Origin: Candidatus Syntropharchaeum caldarium
GTDB lineage: Archaea > Halobacteriota > Syntropharchaeia > Syntropharchaeales > Syntropharchaeaceae
Length of the DNA stretch: 32,000 bases
Assembly (NCBI GenBank): GCA_001766815.1
Contig: LYOS01000004.1
Coordinates: 189,393 to 221,392, forward strand
Direction: 5' to 3'
The notes beneath the pieces are model-generated. The model ran no database searches. It was not told where the DNA came from and worked only from the letters and a program-made list of their open reading frames with translations. The translations under genes and the position numbers were made by a program. Of this stretch, positions 25,080 through 32,000 are shown piece after piece (position 1 is the first letter of the stretch; each line of letters opens with the position of its first letter).

Positions 25080-26606
25080 TCATTCCTCCAGGAGTCCGTC
25101 TTCCACCATTTCCTCAACAAGGTCCATGATGTCTTCTTCATCGACACCAAACTCTTCTGCCGCTTCTTCTGGATCGAGCTCACCGCCATGTTCCTCTATA
25201 TATTCAAGGAGTCCCTCTGCGTTGAATGTTCTCTTCCAACCTTCTGTGATCTTTTTACCATCAACAGGCCTTATAACACCGGTCACAACCGGATGATCGC
25301 ATTTCTTCAAGAACTCCTTAAGTTCTGCTATATCCTTGACGTCTTTCTCGGTTGCGATCTTACCTTTCATCTCTTCAGGTATCGCATCACCATGTCGCTC
25401 CATGAGGCCCGAGTTCATCCATACAACCCGCCTCCATCCACCATCTGCCTGCCAGAACTTTGGTGATGGGAGATATCTTACAGATAAACCAAGCAATCCT
25501 TCTGTCTGCTGTCCACCACCTGTTCTTGCTGCCATAGTGGAGAATGGTAGCTTGTTTACGGTTGGCTCGGTGTATGCTCTCGCAACAAGTCCGATTCCAT
25601 CGACTTCAGGGATATAAAAGGCGATCATCTCAAAGCATCCACAGGATGTGTGCGTGTACCCAAAGATGGAGTGGAGATAGTATCTCGTGTTGATTCCACC
25701 TGAGAGCTTTGTGACGGTTTCGTTCATTCCAGACCACTCGCCCCTAATCGGATCAAGACACTCTCCAGGATCAAATGGTTGCCAGTCTCCAGCAGGATCC
25801 ATTGTATGTCCGGCCTTCGCATCTGCCCATGAGATTGCACCACAGTTGGCTGGTCGCTGGGGTGTTATAACACAGACATGTGAGGATGCGAACGACTGGC
25901 AGAGTGTGCATGTGTACCAGGGCCGTGTCTCTTCCTCGGTCATCGCCGCCATCTTCTCGTCCAGTTCTTTCCAGTACTTGATCGCTTCCTCAGTCTTCTC
26001 CTTCACCAGATCAGGATCGGTTATAATCGTGATCTGTGCTTTATCAAGTACAGGAATCTCCATTACGAAAAGCCTTGCGATAATCTTACCCCAGTGCTCC
26101 AGTTTGAACCCTTTCTCAAGAAGTTCCTTGCTCACTCGTATCCAGATTGTCTCTCTCGTATTGAGATGCATGAAGCCTGCGATGTAGTTCCCCCAGTAGT
26201 GCAGCCTGGCGGAGAATGTACCCTCCATCTCTGGTGGGATTTCTTTGTCATTAGAACAGACCTCAACGATGAATCCAATTCTGTGACTTCCCCCTCCAAG
26301 TTCGTCAAGTTCAGGACCGATCACGGTCACCTTCTCGTGCTCGATATCTGATCCTGGGGGAAGGACATAAACCCGCTCGAATGAGTAATCAACCTTTGGT
26401 CCACCAAACTCGACCGCGGTGTCTGCACCCCTGATTCGCTCACCTTCAAACTGTGGGCCGATCTCTGTCGGAATGTCGTCCCATCCCGTAGTCTCTGTCT
26501 TCAATTCAACCTTGATGTAATCACTGAACTGAAGTCCGAAATCTTCTTCCTCTTCTTCGCCTGCCAATTCACGTTCTCTTGCAGATCTATCAAATACTCC
26601 TGCCAT
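25080..26606 (-). CDS. cdhC: CODH/ACS beta subunit (acetyl-CoA synthase, A-cluster) CdhC
   Basis: CTLCQSFASSHVCVITPQRPANCGAISW and HTSCGCFEMIAFYIPEVDGIG (A-cluster Cys-Gly-Cys), PKFWQADGGW. AAGGAGGT SD lies 8 nt upstream of the ATG. Confidence 0.92.
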   Translation of the reverse strand: MAGVFDRSARERELAGEEEEEDFGLQFSDYIKVELKTETTGWDDIPTEIGPQFEGERIRGADTAVEFGGPKVDYSFERVYVLPPGSDIEHEKVTVIGPELDELGGGSHRIGFIVEVCSNDKEIPPEMEGTFSARLHYWGNYIAGFMHLNTRETIWIRVSKELLEKGFKLEHWGKIIARLFVMEIPVLDKAQITIITDPDLVKEKTEEAIKYWKELDEKMAAMTEEETRPWYTCTLCQSFASSHVCVITPQRPANCGAISWADAKAGHTMDPAGDWQPFDPGECLDPIRGEWSGMNETVTKLSGGINTRYYLHSIFGYTHTSCGCFEMIAFYIPEVDGIGLVARAYTEPTVNKLPFSTMAARTGGGQQTEGLLGLSVRYLPSPKFWQADGGWRRVVWMNSGLMERHGDAIPEEMKGKIATEKDVKDIAELKEFLKKCDHPVVTGVIRPVDGKKITEGWKRTFNAEGLLEYIEEHGGELDPEEAAEEFGVDEEDIMDLVEEMVEDGLLEE

Positions 26607-26627
26607 ATTTCTAAACCTCCTTAAATT

Positions 26628-27137
26628 TCACAACTTCTCCAATAATTTTTCCAGTTCTTCTTTCCACTTATAATCTGGCATATAAGGGAATGCCCATGTT
26701 GCGTTTGGATGATTGCGTGCACAGAGTGCGATCGTCTTTAAGTGCGGCGCAAAATTCTTGAGCGTTGACAAACTCTGTGATGCAAGGTAATACTGGATAC
26801 CCATAGTAATCACAAGATCGTGTGGCTTTCCATTCACCCCGTACTCAGGATTCTGCAATCTGTTTACGATCTCAACTGCACCCATCATCTTTATATCAAC
26901 ATCTTCAGGATACTCCTTTGATGAGCCAGCCGTCGCAACCGTGGGAATACCTTTTTTGGTTATCTCAATCGCATAATCGATGAGTCTTTTTCCTCCAAGA
27001 TCTATCTTGCGTGCAAGCCCTCCGACAATAAGAAGCGGATTCTTCGCTTCCTTGATCATCCTGCCTGCGGTAGCACCATCGATATGGGTTGAGAGATAAC
27101 CTCCTGGAACGTCTCCTGTTTTCCAACTTACAGACAT
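26628..27137 (-). CDS. cdhB: CODH/ACS epsilon subunit CdhB
   Basis: 169 aa. Canonical position between cdhA and cdhC, with the size and Rossmann-like pattern (PLLIVGG...) of the epsilon subunit. Confidence 0.82.
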   Translation of the reverse strand: MSVSWKTGDVPGGYLSTHIDGATAGRMIKEAKNPLLIVGGLARKIDLGGKRLIDYAIEITKKGIPTVATAGSSKEYPEDVDIKMMGAVEIVNRLQNPEYGVNGKPHDLVITMGIQYYLASQSLSTLKNFAPHLKTIALCARNHPNATWAFPYMPDYKWKEELEKLLEKL

Positions 27138-27149
27138 CTCATAACCTCC

Positions 27150-29552
27150 TCATACGCTGTACCATCGCTTACCCTGCTTCAGTGCCTCATACGTCCAGAG
27201 ATCCTTTGGATCAAGCAGCGTAGTTGATTTTACCACTGGCATCGGTTCCCAGCCTGCAGCCTTGAGGATCTCCTCAATCTCATCCTTTGCAGCATATGGG
27301 ATGTCGTTCTCGTTCCTGATATAGTAGGGTAGATCATCTGGCATCCGACCATAGTACTTCTTGTGTATGTCGATGTAGTTCGTAATCTTGAGCGATCTGC
27401 CCTCTGCCATATCGTTGTTCCGGAAGCAGAGCTTGGCGCACATTAGAATTGCCTCCTCCTTCGTCTCTGCGACATAGAGCAGGTGCTCCGGGATTGGACC
27501 GACGTTGTGCACACTGCCGTCCTTGATGTCACGGATATTGAAGGATTCAAGATCTTCTTTAACGCCGAGATACTGGTGTCTGTACTTTGCTGAGTGTGGA
27601 CCAAGCACAACAGGTATCCCGAGCCTGTGACATGACATACCAATCGAGAATGCCTTCTGTGAGTATGCACCCCAGACAAGTCCGCATGCACCGACACAGT
27701 TCAGAACGTAGTCACCGATCTCCTGGAAGTTACCGCTCATGATCCTTCTTGCAAAGACGTTTGCAACGCGGATGGTAGTATCGGTTATGTGTGGATTAGA
27801 AACGCATGATCCGACATTACAGAGTCCTCTTGCAACAAATGCACCGGGGAACTTCTCATAAAGACTCTTACCCTCCTCGTCCTTGTATAAGCCGATTGAC
27901 ATCGCAGCGCAACCTGAGGCTGCAACGATGAAGTTTCGCATCAGGAACTCCTCGGCCATCTCATAGAGCTCACGCTCTGCTCCAGGGTAGTTGCTGCACC
28001 CAACCATCGCGATACAGCCCGGTATTACACCGATTGCCCATGTATCACAGACGTTTCTCACCTCATAATCGGAGATTGGTCCTCTCCCCACCCGAATCAT
28101 CGACTTCTCTTCCTTGAACTTCTTCTCAGATGCTTTTGTGATGAGGCTCAGGACAGGGATCTTTCGTTTACACTCCTGTTCGCACTTTCCACAACCAACA
28201 CATGCGTCTTCAAGCTCCCCAAGCAATGAGAGATCGCCTTCTGCTGCTGCGTACATCGCATCAGAGATTGGAAGATCGTTTTCACATGCTTTTGTGCATG
28301 CGCCACAGTGCCAGCAGGTCTTTGCATAGGCAACAACCTCTTCTGTTGATGGAATGACCTTGAACTTCTGCCGCTTCGGTGCAACATCGATCGCAACCTT
28401 AACAGCGACCTCCCCTGCCTTCTCCATATCAAGGATGAGGGCACCAGTCTCTTTGCCTGAGACAAGATCTTTCACGATATCATCGATATCATCATCGGTC
28501 CGGTCAGGCAGCCCGTGCATCGCCTTAACGGTTGTAGATATATAAGGCGCCTTCACACTACGCGCAACCTCGTGCATATCCACTCTGATGCACTGTTCAT
28601 CGACAACCACAACATCTGCAATACCTGATCGGACAAACTTGAGTTCCATCGACTGAGGTCCAACGATCTTTGCCCGCTGGGTATAGCGAGTTATATCATG
28701 GGCTGTACAGCAGATACCCCCAAGCTCAACCTTATCCTCAAGATCATTCTCCCGCATGTACTCGATCATTGAGATGGATGGCAGGACGTTGTGACCAATG
28801 ACAAGGATGACAGGTTTTGTCTGATCGAGTGTGCCAGCACCGATCTCCGCAAGTGGTGCCTTTGGATCTGCTCTTGGCATATCAAAGGCACAGATCTGTG
28901 CGATATCTGCAACCGCCATCGAGATCGAGTCGAGCATACCCGCATGATAGGCCTTGGATTCATAATCGAGGTAACTTCCTTCCTGACCCATATGGATCGA
29001 TGCGACAAGATGTGGAACCTCGCCCTCAATATAGTCCAGTACCTCAACGAGATCGCCCACTGTCTTGGGAACGATTCCTGTCACAACCCTGATGATCGGG
29101 GATTCAACAGGTGTATTTTCACCAAAATCGATTGGTACATCCGGACCCTTTGTCTCGATTATATGCTCAACAAGCTCTTTAGCGTGGCTAAGATGGGTGT
29201 TCATACCTGTAAAAGCGGTTATGAGTGACCATCTGCCCTGTTGTGTCTTCATATCGATTCCACATGCACCTTTCTTGTTTCCTGTAAGATCGCACTTACC
29301 AAGAGTACAGAGACAGCACATATCACATATCGGTGAATACATCGGTGGGTATCGCTTCAAAAGTTTCATGTCCCAGTCTCTGAGATCTTCAATACCAGGC
29401 TTTGGTGTTGGCCCCATTGGCTCCGCGAACTCGTCAATCTCAGAAGGCTCTTTAACCTTCCCTACAGCGAGTTCAAAACCATCGAGCTTAAAAGAGCCTG
29501 TCCTAAATTTCTTAAGCTTTAAATTCAGGACTTTTTCATCTTTTGCAACCAA
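27150..29552 (-). CDS. cdhA: CODH/ACS alpha subunit (Ni-CODH catalytic) CdhA
   Basis: N-terminal Cys clusters (PICDMCCLCTLGKCDL...KGACGID). Archaeal-type 2x[4Fe-4S] insert (CWHCGACTKAC...CVGCGKCEQEC). C-cluster region (GCSNYP..., GSCVSNPH). The TTG start is preceded by an AGGAGGAG SD. Confidence 0.92.
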   Translation of the reverse strand: MVAKDEKVLNLKLKKFRTGSFKLDGFELAVGKVKEPSEIDEFAEPMGPTPKPGIEDLRDWDMKLLKRYPPMYSPICDMCCLCTLGKCDLTGNKKGACGIDMKTQQGRWSLITAFTGMNTHLSHAKELVEHIIETKGPDVPIDFGENTPVESPIIRVVTGIVPKTVGDLVEVLDYIEGEVPHLVASIHMGQEGSYLDYESKAYHAGMLDSISMAVADIAQICAFDMPRADPKAPLAEIGAGTLDQTKPVILVIGHNVLPSISMIEYMRENDLEDKVELGGICCTAHDITRYTQRAKIVGPQSMELKFVRSGIADVVVVDEQCIRVDMHEVARSVKAPYISTTVKAMHGLPDRTDDDIDDIVKDLVSGKETGALILDMEKAGEVAVKVAIDVAPKRQKFKVIPSTEEVVAYAKTCWHCGACTKACENDLPISDAMYAAAEGDLSLLGELEDACVGCGKCEQECKRKIPVLSLITKASEKKFKEEKSMIRVGRGPISDYEVRNVCDTWAIGVIPGCIAMVGCSNYPGAERELYEMAEEFLMRNFIVAASGCAAMSIGLYKDEEGKSLYEKFPGAFVARGLCNVGSCVSNPHITDTTIRVANVFARRIMSGNFQEIGDYVLNCVGACGLVWGAYSQKAFSIGMSCHRLGIPVVLGPHSAKYRHQYLGVKEDLESFNIRDIKDGSVHNVGPIPEHLLYVAETKEEAILMCAKLCFRNNDMAEGRSLKITNYIDIHKKYYGRMPDDLPYYIRNENDIPYAAKDEIEEILKAAGWEPMPVVKSTTLLDPKDLWTYEALKQGKRWYSV

Positions 29553-29767
29553 GCAAACTCCTCCTTTTACATAAGCTTTTTACTTATCGTTAGTTATGGT
29601 TAAATCAAACTATACCCATATATTACCTTTTTGGTTTATTCCATTCATAACCCTCAATAAAAAATACAAATCTGATCAGCACGACCATCACCATGTAAAT
29701 TGTTCAGAATGCCTTTGAAGTGCGGGTATCAATATATATCTTTATCCTGGTATCTTTTATTTGAAGT

Positions 29768-30490
29768 ATGACCTACATTCTGCTTTCACCAACGATCTTC
29801 GAAGTGACACATCTACTTCCAGAACTTGGTGTAACAGATCGACGATCGCTGGGTGTGCTCGATCTTCACTGTGGTAAGATTGGTAAGAAGAGAGTGGTGG
29901 CTGCAATCTCGGGTGTTGGAAAAGTAAATACTGCATACGCCCTCACACTGCTTTTTGAGGCATATCCTGAGACGGAAACTGTGATCTTGTCTGGATGTGG
30001 TGGTGCATACAGCGGGAGCGGTGGCGCTATCGGGGATGTTATGATCGCAACAGAAGAAATCTACGCTGATGAAGGAGTTTTAATAGAAGAGGGGTGGCTT
30101 TCCATGGAGGATATAGGAATCCCTTTGCTTGAAAAGGGCGATAAGCACTACTTCAACAACTTTGTGATGAAGGAAGAGGTACTTGAACGGGTTAGGTCAA
30201 TCACAGACGAGATCCACCATCCCGAGATAATCTATGGAAGATTTCTAACCATATCAACCTGTTCAGGGTCGAGTAAGCGCGGATCCAGACTTTATGAAAG
30301 GTTTGGAGCGATCTGTGAAAATATGGAGGGAGCAGCAGCAGCCCATATCGCAGCAATCTATGATGTAGATCTCATAGAGGTTCGGGGGGTGAGCAACCTC
30401 GTCGAGGATCGGGTGTTTGAGAACTGGGATATCCGTGCTGCAGTCAAGAATTGTAGTGAGGTTGTATTAGCAATTCTGAGAGAGTTGTAA
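29768..30490 (+). CDS. PNP_UDP_1-family nucleosidase, futalosine hydrolase (MqnB)-like
   Basis: ISGVGKVNTAYALTLL, VILSGCGGAY, ENMEGAAAAHIAA and IEVRGVSNLVEDR are MTA/SAH-nucleosidase fold motifs in the ~230-aa MqnB-like format. Subfamily assignment is unverified. Confidence 0.5.
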   Translation: MTYILLSPTIFEVTHLLPELGVTDRRSLGVLDLHCGKIGKKRVVAAISGVGKVNTAYALTLLFEAYPETETVILSGCGGAYSGSGGAIGDVMIATEEIYADEGVLIEEGWLSMEDIGIPLLEKGDKHYFNNFVMKEEVLERVRSITDEIHHPEIIYGRFLTISTCSGSSKRGSRLYERFGAICENMEGAAAAHIAAIYDVDLIEVRGVSNLVEDRVFENWDIRAAVKNCSEVVLAILREL

Positions 30491-30506
30491 TCTCTGACCA
30501 TTTTTA

Positions 30507-30974
30507 TCAGATGAATGTTATACAATCACCAACCTTTATTTCTCCCCCAGCAAGAACCTTTGTAAAGACTCCCATTTTTGGCATGATGCAGTCTCCAACC
30601 GTATCAAATATGTGGCATCTATCGTGACACTCCTTCCCGATCTGTGTAACCTCAAGGATTGCTGTATCCCCCAACCTGAGCTTCACACCCAGGGTTAGAA
30701 GTTTGAAATCGATACCGCTTACTGCTATATTCTCTGCAAAGTCACCTGGATGAACCTCAATTGACTTTCCAGTTCTGAATTCCTCGATCGCCTCAAGGGG
30801 TAGAAGACTCACCTGTCTGTGCCAGTTATCTGCATGGGCATCCCCTACAATCCCAAAATCCTCTTTCAGGTAAGCCTCACTAACGTTCTCTTTTGCTGTA
30901 CCCCTTGAACGCGAGATTGAGATAAATTCAATCCTGCCTGAAGTACCCTGTATATTTTTTTCCTGTGACTTCAC
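30507..30974 (-). CDS. MOSC domain protein
   Basis: HRQVSLLPLEAIEEF, PGDFAENIAVSGID, LGDTAILEVTQIGKECH and VFTKVLAGGEIKVGD are the MOSC beta-barrel pattern. The GTG start lies 3 nt after the mch stop. Confidence 0.78.
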   Translation of the reverse strand: MKSQEKNIQGTSGRIEFISISRSRGTAKENVSEAYLKEDFGIVGDAHADNWHRQVSLLPLEAIEEFRTGKSIEVHPGDFAENIAVSGIDFKLLTLGVKLRLGDTAILEVTQIGKECHDRCHIFDTVGDCIMPKMGVFTKVLAGGEIKVGDCITFI

Positions 30975-30977
30975 AAT

Positions 30978-31940
30978 TCAAACCCTCTTCAACCTGAACG
31001 ACTCGAGCAGGATCTCTGTATCGATCTTTCCACTCGTCAGTGTCATTCCAGTTGTGAGCTCGTTGATCGTAACCTCAGCAGGTGCAAACATCCCTGCATC
31101 GACCTTGAAGAAGTCAAAGTCTGCTTCCTTGAATGTTACATAGAACGGTTTGCCATAGTCGCTGGATGTGCTGGATGGTACCTTCTTCAGATATGCCTCA
31201 AGCTCATCTGTATCAGGGTAGTTGACCGTGTAGAATGTCCTGCCGCAGTAGATGATGCAGTCGTTCGATGACCCCATGCACTTTGTATCATCACCCACAA
31301 CGGGTGCGATCGGTGCGATTCCATAGCCTGACTGGATCGTGTTTATATCAAATCCGATCGATTCCATCTTGTGTATCCCTGTCTCAACGACCCTGGCTGA
31401 TACCTGGACAGACCCTGCGATCGAGGCGGTGGGTGCGATCACGATGCAGAGATCTTCTGGCTCGAGATCACAGTCCTCTGCGATCTTCGCTGTGATCTTC
31501 TCATCAGGGAGTGCTGATGCCTCAAGCACGAGCACAGCGACATCTGCAACATCCTCGTAACCGATCTCATCATACAGATTCTTTGGATTTTTTGACAACG
31601 CCCTCGCAGGCCCTGAACCCATTGCAAAGTATTTATCCACGCTTATTCTCCATCCAGCATACTGAGATGCCATACAGGCAATCACGGCATTGTCTGTTGT
31701 GACCTCGACGGCTGGAAATGATATGCCCCCAAGCTCAAATGTTGAGAGCCTGACGTCTGCAAGGTTTGCCATGCAGAGCCTTGAGAGGTAGATACCTGCC
31801 TCAAATCCACCCTTTGCATTTACACCTGCATCGATGATCGTTGTGCCATTATCAAGCTCCACAACCTCGCAGTTGAGTTCATCCGCGAAGTCGAGCATAT
31901 CTTCAAAAACCTCAATCCCATGTTCATTCACGCTGAGCAT
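30978..31940 (-). CDS. mch: Methenyltetrahydromethanopterin cyclohydrolase
   Basis: [45 protein letters not shown]... matches the Mch N-terminus and length. ATG 31940 is preferred to the track's TTG 31946. Confidence 0.92.
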   Translation of the reverse strand: MLSVNEHGIEVFEDMLDFADELNCEVVELDNGTTIIDAGVNAKGGFEAGIYLSRLCMANLADVRLSTFELGGISFPAVEVTTDNAVIACMASQYAGWRISVDKYFAMGSGPARALSKNPKNLYDEIGYEDVADVAVLVLEASALPDEKITAKIAEDCDLEPEDLCIVIAPTASIAGSVQVSARVVETGIHKMESIGFDINTIQSGYGIAPIAPVVGDDTKCMGSSNDCIIYCGRTFYTVNYPDTDELEAYLKKVPSSTSSDYGKPFYVTFKEADFDFFKVDAGMFAPAEVTINELTTGMTLTSGKIDTEILLESFRLKRV

Positions 31941-32000
31941 ACACAAACACCATCGTAATCTCTCTCAAGGAATGAATATAATACTTTCCATGTGGGAATG

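Noticed and set aside
22866-26187. Several long + strand ORFs (22866-23579, 23655-24038, 24741-25466, 25687-26187) plus 29065-29574, 28791-29228 and others opposite the cdh genes.
   Set aside because: All are antisense to cdhA/C/D/E, which have unambiguous catalytic motifs. The translated products are Ser/Pro/Ala-rich and look like nonsense.
1-32000. A window-wide look for CRISPR arrays, IS elements or terminal inverted repeats, rRNA, stop-codon recoding (Pyl/Sec) and defence-island hallmarks.
   Set aside because: No spaced repeat arrays, transposase or integrase motifs, or homologues interrupted by in-frame TAG/TGA were seen by eye. An exhaustive repeat search was not possible without tools.

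Overview
Gene-dense archaeal chromosomal window. I call 36 CDS (one is a 53-aa ORF missing from the track) and 1 tRNA. I saw no CRISPR, rRNA, transposase or integrase. Content fits a Methanosarcinales-like methanogen or methanotroph. It has a complete five-subunit CODH/acetyl-CoA decarbonylase-synthase operon (cdhA-B-C-[small ORF]-D-E, minus strand, 22001-29552), mch and cbiB. It also has the MA1821/MA1822/MA1715-type sulfide-to-homocysteine trio and feoAB with a DtxR-type regulator. Information-processing genes include the RFC small subunit, RPA, an RPA-associated OB protein, tRNA splicing endonuclease, a PbaB-like proteasome chaperone and tRNA-Leu(GAG). An MqnB-like gene hints at a menaquinone-using lineage such as Methanoperedenaceae, but this is unverified. 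All calls rest on recognising motifs and families by eye in the supplied translations; no searches were run. Most interesting observations: (1) The cdh operon is atypical. A tightly coupled 53-aa ORF with a strong SD lies between cdhC and cdhD and repeats the CdhD N-terminal module. CdhD carries an inserted CX2CX4CX16C motif that is nearly a copy of the CdhE N-terminal [4Fe-4S] motif. CdhC has unusual acidic termini. (2) An uncharacterised three-gene cassette encodes a polytopic membrane protein with a charged tail, an AAA_5/MoxR-like ATPase and a vWA (MIDAS) protein (123-3077). (3) A sirtuin homologue has Gln at the catalytic His position and several degenerate NAD-pocket motifs. The rest looks like ordinary core genome, packed very tightly with many ATGA start/stop overlaps.
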